Positions 9,068 to 19,633 are shown, counted from the first letter of the stretch. The stretch is 64,000 nt of DNA from Vicinamibacterales bacterium (GCA_963802345.1 CAWDIK010000023.1:145142-209141); one strand, 5' to 3'. The notes: generated by a model not told the origin, from the sequence alone. Made by a program: numbers and translations.

Positions 9068-10507
9068 ATGGCTGAATCCAAGAAACATCTGTTGCTCGTC
9101 GAGGATGAGACCCCGCTGCGCGAGGCGCTCGCCGAGCGACTGGCCGAACAAGGATTCGAAGTCACGCAGGCCGACTCGGGCGAGCAGGCGATCGAACAGC
9201 TCGCGGAATTCGCCTTCGACATCGTCATCACGGACTTGCGATTACCTGGCCTGGACGGCACGCGGGTACTGGAGGCCGCGCTCGTCCGCTATCCCGATAT
9301 CGTCGGCATCATCGTCACCGGGTACGGAACCGTGAAGGATGCGGTCGAGGCGATCAAGCGGGGCGCCACCGATTTCGTAACCAAGCCATTTCAGTTCGAC
9401 GAGTTGCTGCACGCGCTGAATTCTGCGCTCGAAAAGCGCCGGTTGAAGGCCGAGAACGCCTATCTGCGTTCACAACTCCAGGAACGGTACAAGTTCGACG
9501 GGTTGATCGGGCGCAGCCCGGCGATGCGCGCGCTGTTTCAATTGCTGGAAACGGTGTCGTCTTCGGCGAGCACCATTCTCGTGACGGGCGAGACCGGCAC
9601 GGGCAAAGAAATCGTCGCCCGCGCGATTCACCACAACAGCCCTCGCCGCGCGCAGCGGTTCGTGGCGCTGAATTGCGGCGCGATACCTGAGACGCTGCTC
9701 GAAGCCGAGCTCTTCGGCCACGTGCGCGGCGCGTTCACCGGAGCGATCGGCACAAGGCAGGGGCGCCTCGAGCAGGCTCACAAGGGCACGCTCTTCATGG
9801 ACGAAGTCGGCACGATGAGCCCCGGGATGCAGATGAAACTCCTGCGCGTGCTGCAGGAGCGCGAGTTCGAGCGCATTGGCGATACGCATACGACCAAGGT
9901 CGATGTGCGGGTCGTCGCCGCGACCAACAGCGACCTTCAAAAAATGGTGAGCGAGGGCGCCTTCCGCGAAGACCTCTTTTACAGGCTCAACATCATCCCG
10001 ATTCATCTGCCGCCGCTGCGCGAGCGGAAGGAAGACATCCCTCTTCTCGTGCAACATTTTCTGAAAAAGTTCTCCGTGCCTGAGTCGGGCGCCGGCGTCT
10101 CGAAGCTCGGCCACTCGCGGAGCGTCGAGGCGGAGGCGCGGACCCTGTCAATCTCGCAGCAGGCGCTGCGGTGCCTGATGGCCTACGCGTGGCCGGGGAA
10201 CGTGCGTCAACTGGAGAACGCGATCGAACGCGCCGTCGCGCTGAGCGGCGGACGGGTGCAAATCGAGACGTCCGACCTGACACCGGACATCCAGCAAGCT
10301 TCGAATGGCGCCGCCGCGCCAGACGTCAACCTCCCTGAAGGCGGGATCGATTTCGAGGGCTATATCAGCCGCATCGAGCACGATCTCATCCGCCGAGCGC
10401 TCGAGAAAACCGGGGGAAATAAAGGTCAGGCATCGAAGCTGCTCAACCTCAAACGGACGACCCTGGTAGAGAAACTCAAGCGGTTGGAACCCCGCGCCGC
10501 CACCTAG
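9068..10507 (+). CDS. Sigma-54-dependent response regulator (NtrC family: REC - AAA+ - Fis-type HTH)
   Basis: REC (LLLVEDE...DIVITDLRLPGLDG), Walker A GETGTGKE, GAFTGA loop, WPGNVRQLENAIERAV, and C-terminal HTH GGNKGQASKLLNLKRTTLVEKLK. Confidence 0.92.
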   Translation: MAESKKHLLLVEDETPLREALAERLAEQGFEVTQADSGEQAIEQLAEFAFDIVITDLRLPGLDGTRVLEAALVRYPDIVGIIVTGYGTVKDAVEAIKRGATDFVTKPFQFDELLHALNSALEKRRLKAENAYLRSQLQERYKFDGLIGRSPAMRALFQLLETVSSSASTILVTGETGTGKEIVARAIHHNSPRRAQRFVALNCGAIPETLLEAELFGHVRGAFTGAIGTRQGRLEQAHKGTLFMDEVGTMSPGMQMKLLRVLQEREFERIGDTHTTKVDVRVVAATNSDLQKMVSEGAFREDLFYRLNIIPIHLPPLRERKEDIPLLVQHFLKKFSVPESGAGVSKLGHSRSVEAEARTLSISQQALRCLMAYAWPGNVRQLENAIERAVALSGGRVQIETSDLTPDIQQASNGAAAPDVNLPEGGIDFEGYISRIEHDLIRRALEKTGGNKGQASKLLNLKRTTLVEKLKRLEPRAAT

Positions 10508-10509
10508 CC

Positions 10510-10830
10510 ATGCTCGCGCATGTCGTGCTGTTCCGTCCGAAGCGCAGCATTACCGAAGCCGATCGGGAAGCGATGTTCGCGGCGCTGCACGTCGCCGCGC
10601 GAGACATTCCGTCGGTCAGGCGGTTTGTGGTCGGCTCCCGCGTTCGCCACAATGCCGGGTATGAGGCGCTGATGACCGCAGACTTTCCATTCGCGGCCGT
10701 GATGGAATTCGACGATCTCGCCGGTCTGCAGGCGTACCTCCGCCATCCTCAACACGATCAACTCGGCGCACTGTTTTACAAGCTGCAGGAAGCAGCGCTC
10801 GTGTACGACTACGACATGGGGGCGCCATAG
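10510..10830 (+). CDS. Dabb (stress-responsive alpha/beta-barrel) family protein
   Basis: MLAHVVLFRPK...FVVGSRV...FAAVMEFDDLAGLQAYLRHPQH. The start lies 3 nt after the NtrC-like stop. Confidence 0.8.
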   Translation: MLAHVVLFRPKRSITEADREAMFAALHVAARDIPSVRRFVVGSRVRHNAGYEALMTADFPFAAVMEFDDLAGLQAYLRHPQHDQLGALFYKLQEAALVYDYDMGAP

Positions 10831-10858
10831 GTCCAAGCCCCCGCTCGTGCAGGGGACC

Positions 10859-11399
10859 CTATTTTCGATAGTCGATGGTAGTCGTCGGGTTCCCGGACTT
10901 GGCGGTATCGAAGGACACTCTGGCTAGAACGCCGGACTCGTACTCTTCCCACTTATCAACCCGACCGTCGCCGTCGGTATCTTCCTCCACGCGGGTCAAG
11001 TCGTCCCGGTTGTAGAACTCAAACCGATTGGCTCTGCCGTCACGGTTTGTCGATACTTCGATGCGCGATACGGACCCGTTCGGTCCCTGGATAATCCAGG
11101 CATCTGGTTTTCCATCATTCGACCTAGAAATACCCACCCGATCGACTCGCTGCGAAGGGCCGTAATATTCCCAGCGATCGATCTTGCCGTCTTCGTCCGC
11201 GTCGATCTCTATCCGAACGAACTTCGTGCCATCCATATAGCTGGTTATATTAGGTTTACCGTCATTGGCAATATTTATGGTCAGTTGACTTAATTTACCT
11301 GTCGTCGTGGTCGTACTTGGCAAGAACGGTTTGATCCTTGGGGGTGCCCCTGCACGCTACGGACGTAAGGAGGACTGCCGCGACCAGCGCGAGCATCAT
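10859..11399 (-). CDS. Lipoprotein with repeated DxDxDG(K/R)xDxW/F motifs; reading frame broken once (~11322) as assembled
   Basis: Signal/lipobox MMLALVAAVLLTSVAC is in one frame (ATG 11399, 7 nt after the dusB stop). The body (DADEDGKIDRWEYY, SNDGKPDAWII, NRDGRANRFEFY, DTDGDGRVDKWEEY) is in another. The junction is at ...KDQTV|LPSTTTT. Confidence 0.6.
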
Positions 11400-11406
11400 T
11401 GCTGGT

Positions 11407-12492
11407 TTATCGGCTGAGCTCGACGCCAGAGCAGACGGCGGCGTGATCTCCAGCGAAAAACCGGCGGATGATGTCGCGCGCCTCGGCGATTGAGCCCGCC
11501 GCATTGATCTCGGTGCGCAGGTGGCCGCCGTTATGAAGCCCCTTTGAGTACCACGACATGAGCGCGCGGAGTTTGTTGATGACCCACCGCTCGTGACGCG
11601 ACCTCTGTGCCAGCGACTTCGGCTCGGGGTCCCCGGCTGCGCTCTCGCCGGCGCGATGCCTGAAACCTGATGGTTCGCTCTCCTCGCTTAACAGCAAATC
11701 CATGTACTGGAGGAGAAATTGACCGCGGTCTTCGAGTGTGACGCCTCGAGCCGGCCTGCCCGCCGCCAGGTCGGCAGCCTGGGCGAGAATCCAGGGATTC
11801 CGGAGAACGCCCCGGCCGACGAGCACGCCACTGACGCCTGTGGCCATCCTCGCGATGATGTCTTCGGGTTCGAGGCAATCCCCCGAACCGAAAACCGGAA
11901 TTCCTACCGACTCGGCCACGCGATCGATGAGAGACCAGTCAGACTGCCCGGAGTAGGACTGAGCAGCCGTTCGGCCATGGACGGCGACGGCGGAAGCGCC
12001 CGCGTCCTCAACCATCCTGGCCAGATCCGGCGCGTTAATCGAGTGTTCGTTCCACCCGGCGCGCATCTTCACGGTAACGGGAATTTTCACTTTCCGGGTC
12101 ATCGCGGCGATCACCGCGGCTGCGTGCGCGGGCTCCCGCATCAGGCTGCACCCGGCGTTATGCTTCGCAATCTTCGGTACCGGGCAGCCCATATTCACGT
12201 CGACGATATTTGCGCCCAGTCCTTCGACAATCTGCGCCGCGTCGGCCATCTTCTCGGGATCGCCGCCGAAGATCTGGATGGATACCGGGCGCTCTTCTTC
12301 GGTGTATTCAGCGTACTCGAGGGTCCGATCGATACCGCGAACGAGCCCTTCCGAGCTGACCATTTCGGTCACGACGAGGCCGCAGCCGCCGTGCCGCTTG
12401 ACCAATCGGCGGAACGCCGTATCCGTCATGCCCGCCATGGGCGCGACGACGAACGGGGACGAAAGCACTTGCTGCCCGATGCGGACGGTCAC
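11407..12492 (-). CDS. dusB: tRNA-dihydrouridine synthase (DusB-like)
   Basis: APMAGMTD..FR...GCGLVVTEMVS...IQIFGGDP...DVNMGCPVPKI...VTVKMRAGW...AVAVHGRTAAQ is the canonical Dus TIM-barrel pattern. Confidence 0.9.
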   Translation of the reverse strand: MTVRIGQQVLSSPFVVAPMAGMTDTAFRRLVKRHGGCGLVVTEMVSSEGLVRGIDRTLEYAEYTEEERPVSIQIFGGDPEKMADAAQIVEGLGANIVDVNMGCPVPKIAKHNAGCSLMREPAHAAAVIAAMTRKVKIPVTVKMRAGWNEHSINAPDLARMVEDAGASAVAVHGRTAAQSYSGQSDWSLIDRVAESVGIPVFGSGDCLEPEDIIARMATGVSGVLVGRGVLRNPWILAQAADLAAGRPARGVTLEDRGQFLLQYMDLLLSEESEPSGFRHRAGESAAGDPEPKSLAQRSRHERWVINKLRALMSWYSKGLHNGGHLRTEINAAGSIAEARDIIRRFFAGDHAAVCSGVELSR

Positions 12493-12536
12493 GGAAGAAG
12501 TATAACTGGCGGGCGAGCGCGGAGACTGAAATCGCG

Positions 12537-13028
12537 CTAGTAAGGTCCGACGTCGGCGGCGTCGACTTCGACGCTGACGCCTTGTCCGATCAAGTCGACG
12601 GCGAGGATGAGTCGGGCATGAGCGCCCTTTCGCACGAGGCGGCCAATCACGCCCTTGAGCGCGCCGTGCTTCACCTCGACCATCATTCCCTCTCGTATCA
12701 GGGGACAGGGGTCGTACTGCAAGTCGCTTTCGATCAGACGGCGGATCCCGTCGATTTCATGGTCTGGAATCGGTGCGGGCTTTCCTTCGAACGACACGAT
12801 GTTGACCACCCCGGTGCATTTCAGTATGGCGAGCGCGTCCTCTTCTTTGAACCGTGCGAAACAGTAGCCGGGGAAGAGCGGCCAATCGATTTTCTTCTTC
12901 CGATCCTTCCAGCGGCTCCAGCGGGTGATGGTGGGCAGAAACGCGTCGAAATGCTTGCGCTCGATTTGGTCGCGCACAACCTGCTCGTGACGCGAACGCG
13001 TCCAGATGGCAAACCAGGTCGAAGGCAC
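12537..13028 (-). CDS. NusG-family paralog (NGN + KOW; UpxY/RfaH-like specialised antiterminator candidate)
   Basis: NGN-like WFAIWTRSRHEQVVRDQIERKHFDAFLP...FPGYCFARF and KOW GMMVEVKHGALKGVIGRLV. An in-frame GTG at 13028 lies 2 nt after the upstream stop. Confidence 0.75.
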   Translation of the reverse strand: MPSTWFAIWTRSRHEQVVRDQIERKHFDAFLPTITRWSRWKDRKKKIDWPLFPGYCFARFKEEDALAILKCTGVVNIVSFEGKPAPIPDHEIDGIRRLIESDLQYDPCPLIREGMMVEVKHGALKGVIGRLVRKGAHARLILAVDLIGQGVSVEVDAADVGPY

Positions 13029-13030
13029 GT

Positions 13031-14074
13031 TTAGAACGTCGGCTCGGCCTCGATGCCGATCTCCCACGCTTTGCGGAGATCGTCGTTTTTCCACTCGATG
13101 ATTGCCTGCGAGCGGAGGCGCGTCATGTACTTCTTGAACTCGGCGCCGATCTTCTCCGAGGTCAAGCGGTCGGCGATACGCGCACGCGCCGATTCGAAGG
13201 GGAGGGTCGTCGAATCGATCGAGGACTCGAGCTTGAAGAGCTGCGCGCCAGTGGCGGTGTTCAGCACAGGCGTGATGTCTCCGACTTTCATCGACGAGAT
13301 CATCTTGAGCACTTCTTCGTTCATTTCATCCCGCGAGATGGGGCCGATGAGACCGCCGTTGGCCTTCGACGGCGCATCCGAGACCTCGGCCGCCACTTTT
13401 TCGAATGCGTCTCCCTTGAGGATACGCGCGCGGATGCCGGCTGCCTTCTCGCGTGCCTCTTCGATCGCGCCGACGCTTGCGACTTTCTTGACCGGGTCTA
13501 CCTGTGCGTTTACCTGAATCTCGCGAAGCGTCACGCTGGGCGTGGTCCCGAACTCGGAGAGGTGCGCGTCGTAGTAGGCGCGCTCTTCCGCTTCGGTGAC
13601 GTCGACGCGGCTGCCGATCTCGCGCTGCTGCACCTGCCCGATAAGAATCCGCTTGCTGAGCATCTGCTTCAGCTGCGCAAGCGTCATCCCTTCGCTCTTG
13701 AGGGCAGCCTCGAACGCCGCCTCGCTCTCAATCTTGTTGTCCTTCCTGATTGAATCGAGCACCTGGGTAAACTGCGCGTCGCTGACGGCGAGCGAGATCT
13801 CCTTCGCGCGCTGCATCAGCAGCAGTTCGTCAATCACCGTGACAATGGCCTGCGGAGTGACCTGCGCGAGGAGCTTGGCGAGCTCGGCATCGGACAGGCG
13901 CCCCGGGTCCGGCGGATTCGGCAGCTCGCGGAGCGCATTGATCTGAATGCGGTGGAATTCCGTCTGGGTGACGATTTCGCCGTTCACCTTCACGAGCACT
14001 TGCTCGAGGATTTCGGCCGATACGGCGGTTCCCAGAGCGGCGACGGCAAGAGCGGCGAACAGGACTTTCTTCAT
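13031..14074 (-). CDS. SurA/PrsA-like periplasmic chaperone / peptidyl-prolyl isomerase
   Basis: AAGGAAGAG RBS, signal peptide MKKVLFAALAVAALGTAVSA, SurA-N-like chaperone region and parvulin-like segment (SDAPSKANGGLIGPISRDEM...MKVGDITPVLNTATGAQLFKL). Confidence 0.85.
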   Translation of the reverse strand: MKKVLFAALAVAALGTAVSAEILEQVLVKVNGEIVTQTEFHRIQINALRELPNPPDPGRLSDAELAKLLAQVTPQAIVTVIDELLLMQRAKEISLAVSDAQFTQVLDSIRKDNKIESEAAFEAALKSEGMTLAQLKQMLSKRILIGQVQQREIGSRVDVTEAEERAYYDAHLSEFGTTPSVTLREIQVNAQVDPVKKVASVGAIEEAREKAAGIRARILKGDAFEKVAAEVSDAPSKANGGLIGPISRDEMNEEVLKMISSMKVGDITPVLNTATGAQLFKLESSIDSTTLPFESARARIADRLTSEKIGAEFKKYMTRLRSQAIIEWKNDDLRKAWEIGIEAEPTF

Positions 14075-14081
14075 CTCTTCC

Positions 14082-17000
14082 TTATTGTATTCCGGCCAGT
14101 TCGGCCAACAAACCACGCACCCGGGTGAAGACGCCGCCCGGGGCATTCGGATCTTCCTTCGGCGGCTTCAGAATCTCTTCCTTGGTAAAGCCGGACGTCA
14201 CCTCGCCGGCGGTCGCGCGAGCCGTCCACCAGCTCGCCCCGGTGCCCTGCCGCGCCCTGGCTTTGGTGCCCAAAGGCGCTTGAGGCGCCCTTCCCTGCGG
14301 CTTCGGCGCGACCGGGCGCAAATCCAGCTTTATCGTCCCGGGCGGCACGAGCGTGGTATCGGCCCTGGAGGCCACCACTTTGAGCAGACGGTCGACATTT
14401 AGACGACGGCCGCCGCCATCCGGTCTGATTTTGATGACCACGGTCTGAGCCTCACGATCGATCGACTCGATCCCCAGCGTGTCGGCCATGATGCGAATCC
14501 GGCCGTACTGCTCCAGATACTCGACCGTTTCCGGCACGGGCCCGTAGCGATCGCGCAGCTCGCCGATGACCTGATCGAGCTCATCGTCGCTGCGCGCGTC
14601 CGCGATCTTCCGGTAGATCATCAACCGCTGGTTCATCTCCGGCACGTAGGCCGGATCGATCTTGAGGTCGACACGCAGATTCACCACCGCGCGCACGTCG
14701 TCGACCAACTCCTCGCCCTTCAGCTCGCGCACCGCCTGTTCGAGCAGCTTCATGTACATCTCGAACCCGACGGTTTCAATGTGCCCGCTCTGCTCGCCGC
14801 CGAGCAGATTGCCGGCGCCGCGTATCTCGAGATCGAGCGCCGCGACGCGGAACCCGCTGCCAAGATCGCTGAACTCGCGAATCGCGGCCAGCCGCTTCTT
14901 GGCGACCGGCGACAACGTCGTTTCCGGTGGAATCAGCAGATAGGCATAGGCCGGCCGATCTGAGCGGCCGACGCGCCCTCGCAATTGATACAGCTGCGAC
15001 AAACCGTACCGATCTGCGCGATTAATCAGGATCGTATTGACGTTCGGAATGTCGAGGCCATTCTCGATAATCGTCGTGGCCAGGAGAACGTCGTACTTCT
15101 TGTTGATGAAATCGAGCATCGCCCGCTCGAGCTCGTCTTCGCTCATCTGGCCGTGCGCGACGACCACGCGCGCCTCCGGGACGAGTCGTTGAACGAGATC
15201 GCCGATGGAAAAAATCGACTCGACCCGGTTGTGGACGAAATACACCTGTCCGCTGCGCTCCAGCTCGTGCCTGATGGCGCGTGCGATGACGTGCGCGTCG
15301 AACTTGACCACGTTCGTCTGAATCGACAGCCGGTCCTTCGGCGGCGTCTCGATGATCGACATGTCGCGAATGCCGACGAGAGACATGTTGAGCGTGCGTG
15401 GTATCGGCGTCGCGCTCAGCGTCAATACGTCGACCTTTCGGCGCATCTGCTTGATCCGCTCCTTGTGAGCCACGCCGAAGCGCTGCTCTTCGTCCACGAC
15501 CAGGAGCCCGAGGTCCTTGAACTGCATGTCCTTCGACAACAAGCGGTGCGTGCCCACGACGATGTCGATCTTGCCCGTGCCGACGTCCTTGATGATCTGA
15601 TCCTGTTCAGCCTTGCTGCGAAAACGGCTGATCATGTCGATCGTCACCGGGAACCCGGCGAACCGTTCGGTCAGCGTCTTCTGGTGCTGAAATGCGAGAA
15701 CCGTCGTCGGCGCGAGGAATGCGACCTGCTTTCCATCCATCACCGCTTTGAAGGCGGCGCGCATCGCCACCTCGGTCTTCCCATAGCCGACGTCGCCGCA
15801 GAGCAGGCGATCCATCGGGGTCGGCGATTCCATGTCCCGCTTGATGTCAGTGATGGCATTTACCTGATCGACCGTCAGGTCCCACTCGAACGCATCGTCG
15901 AACTCCCGCTGCCAATGCGAGTCCGGGCTGAACGCGTGGCCAGGCACGGTCTTGCGCGCCGCGTACAGCTTCAGGAGCTCCTCGGCCATGTCGCGCATCG
16001 CCTTCTTGACGCGTGACTTCGTGCGTTCCCACGAGGTGCCGCCGAGCTTGTCGAGGGCCGGCTTCGCCGTTCCGCTGTACTTTTGAACGAGATCCAGCCG
16101 TTCGACTGGAACGAACAGCTTGTCTTCGCCGAAGTAGCGCAGCTCCATGAATTCCTGCATGGAGTCGCCGACGCCGATCTGCTTGAGGCCGACGAAACGT
16201 CCGATGCCGTGATCCACGTGCACGACCAGGTCTTCGACTTTCAGATCGCGCAAATCGGAAAGAAACGTTTTGGCAATGGACCGATGGCGGTCGCCCTTGC
16301 GTTCGACCTTGGTGCGTTCCTCCTCGAAGACGTCCGGCTCCGCAATAATCTGCAGCTCGGCGCCCGGCAGCCGGAATCCCTTCGAGAGCTGCCCAACGGC
16401 GATGTGCACCGCGACGTTCAGCAGCTCGTCCGTCCGATCGATCAGAATGCCTCGGAGGCCGTACTCGCCGAGAAGCTCCGCGGTGCGTTCGGCGCGTCCC
16501 TCTGTGGCGGCCACGAACACGACGGTGTCGCCGCGCTCACGCATGCGCTTGACTTCGGCGATCCACTCTTGAATACGGCCGCGAAATTCGACGGCGGGTT
16601 GGCAGGCAATGTCTAACGTGGCTCGCGTGGGGATCGTGGGCGGCGTGCGGATGGAGTCGTAGGGCTCGCCTTCAGGCGAGCTGTCGCCAATCGCCAGCTG
16701 ATCCAGTCGTGTCGCGCTCGAGAGTCTCTCGGCGACGTCCGGCCACGAAATCAGCATCTCCTCCGGCGCCGGCGCCTTCGGATTCTCGGCTCTTGCCTCT
16801 TCGAAGCTCAGCTGCGTCTGCTCGACCAGCTTCCGGGCCTGTTCGGCCGCATCCTCCTCTTCGACGACGACAAACGAGAGGTCGCGATCGGACGGCAGGT
16901 AGTCAAAGAAGGTCGCCGCACCTGACTTCTCCGTCAGCGGCACCACCGCCGCTTGATCGAGGGTTTCGATCGATCGCTGGGTAGACGGGTCGTACCGGCG

Positions 17001-17642
17001 GATTGACTCGATCGTCTCGCCGACGAACTCGACCCGAATCGGATTGTCGGCACCAGCCGGAAAATAATCGACGATGCCTCCGCGAACGCAGAACTCGCCG
17101 TGCTCGTCTACGGGATCCTCGCGCGTAAAGCCCGCGTCGGCAAGCAGGTCGCCGAGCGCCACAGGGTCGAGGTCCATTCCATTCCTGAGTTCGATCGCCG
17201 CGGCTTCGAGGTTGTCGGGCGCGCTGAGCCGCGTCAGAAGCGCGGCGGCAGAGGCGACGACGACTGTCGCGCTTCCGTTCGCGATGGCGTGCAGCGCGGC
17301 GGCGCGCGCCGAGGCGACGCCGAAATGGGGCGCGATAGCGCGGTACGGGTCGATCTGGAGGGACGGAAACGGTTTGACGGCATCCTCGAGCGCGGAGGCC
17401 GAGGCGCCTTCGAGGGCGGCGAGGAAGAATCGCGTGTCGATGCAGAATTGATCCACGTCCTCGTCTCCGGGGACGACGACAACGCACACGGCATTCTTGC
17501 GATGGCTCGACCGTGCTGCGACATACAAGGCCTGTGCCGATGGCGACAAGCCGCGCACGTGCGACGCAGGCGAATCCATTCCCGTCCGAGCCGCGGCGGT
17601 CTTGAGAAGCGCCTGCAGATTGAGCGATGTCGAGGTAGGCAT
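14082..17642 (-). CDS. mfd: Transcription-repair coupling factor Mfd
   Basis: 1186-aa intact ORF. CarD/TRCF domain ([14 protein letters not shown]), helicase motifs ([40 protein letters not shown]) and a TRCF C-terminal domain. Confidence 0.96.
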   Translation of the reverse strand: MPTSTSLNLQALLKTAAARTGMDSPASHVRGLSPSAQALYVAARSSHRKNAVCVVVVPGDEDVDQFCIDTRFFLAALEGASASALEDAVKPFPSLQIDPYRAIAPHFGVASARAAALHAIANGSATVVVASAAALLTRLSAPDNLEAAAIELRNGMDLDPVALGDLLADAGFTREDPVDEHGEFCVRGGIVDYFPAGADNPIRVEFVGETIESIRRYDPSTQRSIETLDQAAVVPLTEKSGAATFFDYLPSDRDLSFVVVEEEDAAEQARKLVEQTQLSFEEARAENPKAPAPEEMLISWPDVAERLSSATRLDQLAIGDSSPEGEPYDSIRTPPTIPTRATLDIACQPAVEFRGRIQEWIAEVKRMRERGDTVVFVAATEGRAERTAELLGEYGLRGILIDRTDELLNVAVHIAVGQLSKGFRLPGAELQIIAEPDVFEEERTKVERKGDRHRSIAKTFLSDLRDLKVEDLVVHVDHGIGRFVGLKQIGVGDSMQEFMELRYFGEDKLFVPVERLDLVQKYSGTAKPALDKLGGTSWERTKSRVKKAMRDMAEELLKLYAARKTVPGHAFSPDSHWQREFDDAFEWDLTVDQVNAITDIKRDMESPTPMDRLLCGDVGYGKTEVAMRAAFKAVMDGKQVAFLAPTTVLAFQHQKTLTERFAGFPVTIDMISRFRSKAEQDQIIKDVGTGKIDIVVGTHRLLSKDMQFKDLGLLVVDEEQRFGVAHKERIKQMRRKVDVLTLSATPIPRTLNMSLVGIRDMSIIETPPKDRLSIQTNVVKFDAHVIARAIRHELERSGQVYFVHNRVESIFSIGDLVQRLVPEARVVVAHGQMSEDELERAMLDFINKKYDVLLATTIIENGLDIPNVNTILINRADRYGLSQLYQLRGRVGRSDRPAYAYLLIPPETTLSPVAKKRLAAIREFSDLGSGFRVAALDLEIRGAGNLLGGEQSGHIETVGFEMYMKLLEQAVRELKGEELVDDVRAVVNLRVDLKIDPAYVPEMNQRLMIYRKIADARSDDELDQVIGELRDRYGPVPETVEYLEQYGRIRIMADTLGIESIDREAQTVVIKIRPDGGGRRLNVDRLLKVVASRADTTLVPPGTIKLDLRPVAPKPQGRAPQAPLGTKARARQGTGASWWTARATAGEVTSGFTKEEILKPPKEDPNAPGGVFTRVRGLLAELAGIQ

Positions 17643-17673
17643 TCGGTAGAGCGAAGAGCCTGGAGCAGTGAAC

Positions 17674-18144
17674 CTAGAGCCCCTGTATCTTCTTTATTAT
17701 CGCCGACGTTGAGTACCCTTCGGCGAGCGGGATGCGAACGACTCGCCCGCCCCGCTGTTCGACGGTTTCTCTGCCGACGATGGCGTCCATGGCCCAGTCG
17801 GCGCCTTTGGCGAGCACGTCCGGTTGCAGACGGCTGATGATCTGCTGCGGCGTTTCTTCGTCGAATATGACCACGGCGTCCACGCACGCCAGGGCGGCGA
17901 CCACCTCGGCGCGCTCCCCCTCCGGGTTCACGGGCCTCATTGGCCCCTTGATCGCCCGCACCGAACGGTCCGAGTTCACGGCGACGATCAGGGCGTCCCC
18001 TTCGCGCCGCGCGTCCTTGAGATACCGCACGTGCCCCGGGTGGAGAAGATCGAACACGCCGTTGGTGAAGACGACGGTCCTGTGTGCCTGCCTGTAGCGC
18101 GTGACAAAATCCTGGGCTTCGGGAATCGACAGTACCTTGCGCAT
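17674..18144 (-). CDS. hldC: D-glycero-beta-D-manno-heptose-1-phosphate adenylyltransferase-like cytidylyltransferase (RfaE domain II / HldC type)
   Basis: VVFTNGVFDLLHPGHVRYLKDARREGDALIVAVNSDRSVRAIKGPMRPVNP...LAKGADW...STSAIIKKI. The ATG is at 18144. No in-frame stop separates it from the upstream ABC ATPase ORF. Confidence 0.85.
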   Translation of the reverse strand: MRKVLSIPEAQDFVTRYRQAHRTVVFTNGVFDLLHPGHVRYLKDARREGDALIVAVNSDRSVRAIKGPMRPVNPEGERAEVVAALACVDAVVIFDEETPQQIISRLQPDVLAKGADWAMDAIVGRETVEQRGGRVVRIPLAEGYSTSAIIKKIQGL

Positions 18145-18150
18145 AAAAAA

Positions 18151-18203
18151 GGACGAAACGAAATGCCTTTCTTCCATTGTTCGTTTTGCGTTTTTCGTTA
18201 CAA
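18151..18203. repeat. CGAAA-word imperfect inverted repeat (family C copy 2) between ABC ATPase and hldC
   Basis: GGACGAAACGAAATGCC ... TGTTCGTTTTGCGTTTTTCGTTACAA. Confidence 0.5.
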
Positions 18204-19524
18204 CCTCTCTCTTCTGAGTTCTGATGCTCTGCGAGAAAGCCCAGGTATGCCGCGGCCGGTAGATCCCCACTTCCTTGCTGCGCGACTTGACGCGGAAGGT
18301 GTACAGCAGCCGGTGGTAATCGTAGGGATACCCATCGCGTTTGTGGACGGCGACGTCGAGCTTGTATGTACCTTCCACGAGCTCGAGACTCTCAATCGAG
18401 AACGTCACTTCTCCTTCGCCCCGCAGCTCCTGCGGCGTGAATTCCTCGAGATGCGTGTTGGTCCCGTAGCAGTTCACCCCTTCCGCGCTGTAGAGCCCGA
18501 TGCCGAACACGAAATCCGCGGTCGCCTGATGCGCCCGGACGGCGATGTGGATGGACATCGGATCGCCGGATTGAAAGATATGCGAGACCTCACCGCTCTC
18601 GTTCTTGAACGTCACGCCGGTGATTTCAATCTCGCGCGAGCCCCATCGGCCTTCGTCGACGCGCGTCATGTCTTCGACGACAGAGCCGGACTGAGGTTCC
18701 GCACCCGGATCGGCAGGCTCCTGGCTCTCCGCTCTTTGCTCTGACCTGGCTTCGGCTCTTGCGAGCTCGCGTTCTTCGCTCTTGCCGACGTCGGTCAGAT
18801 ACGCGCCGACGACCCGCTTCGGATCCCCGGAGCCGCGCACCTTGCCGCCGTCGAGCCACAGCGCTTCGTCGCAAAACCGCTCGACCAGGTTGAGCGAGTG
18901 GGTCACGAGCAGAATCGTCTTGCCTCGGCGCTTGAACTCGCCGAACTTGTCGAGGCACTTGTGCGTAAACCCTTCGTCGCCTACCGCGAGCACTTCGTCC
19001 ACCAGCAGGACGTCGGGATCGACGTGAATCGCCACGGCGAACCCGAGCCGCATGTACATGCCGGATGAATAGGTCTTGACCGGCGCGTCGATGAAATCCT
19101 GCAGCTCGGCGAATTCCACGATCTCGTCGAAACGCCTGGCGACCTCGCGCTTCGTCAGCCCCAGCATGATGCCGTTGATGAAGACGTTCTCGCGCCCTGA
19201 GATTTCCGGATGGAATCCGGCGCCGAGCTCGATGAGCGCCGAGATGCGCCCTTCGACCTTCACGGTTCCCGTCGTCGGCTTCGTGATGCCGGCAACCAGC
19301 TTCAGCGCAGTGCTCTTGCCGGACCCGTTTCGTCCGATGATGCCGTAGGTGCGCCCGGCCGGCACGGTGAACGACACCCCTTTGAGCGCAGGGAACGTCT
19401 CGTCTGGCTGCAGATCGTGGATGAGGCTTCCGGAGAGCAGCGCGCTTTTCAACGTCGCAAACTGCTTGCGTCTCGCGTATCTGCGATAGACCTTGGTGAC
19501 GTTGGTGAGTTCAATCGCGTTCAC
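18198..19524 (-). CDS. Polysaccharide/O-antigen-type ABC exporter ATP-binding protein (Wzt/TagH-like, with C-terminal carbohydrate-binding-type domain); 3' end uncertain
   Basis: Walker A GRNGSGKST, signature YSSGMYMRLGFA, Walker B LLVDEVLAVGD, then a ~150-aa beta-rich C-terminal domain. The ORF runs in frame into hldC without a stop. A TAA at 18198 exists only in another frame. Confidence 0.8.
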
Positions 19525-19540
19525 AACGGCCTCTCAGGTA

Positions 19541-19625
19541 TCTCAACCGCAGAGACGCCAACGACGCCAGGATCTTCTGGGATCGGATCCAAAAACCGTT
19601 GCGGCGTCGCGTCTTTGCGGTGAGA
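19541..19625. repeat. Family A intercistronic palindromic element (copy 1)
   Basis: TCTCAACCGCAGAGACGCCAACGACGCC ... GCGGCGTCGCGTCTTTGCGGTGAGA. It lies between the Wzm stop and the Wzt start. Confidence 0.7.
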
Positions 19626-19633
19626 CATGGACC

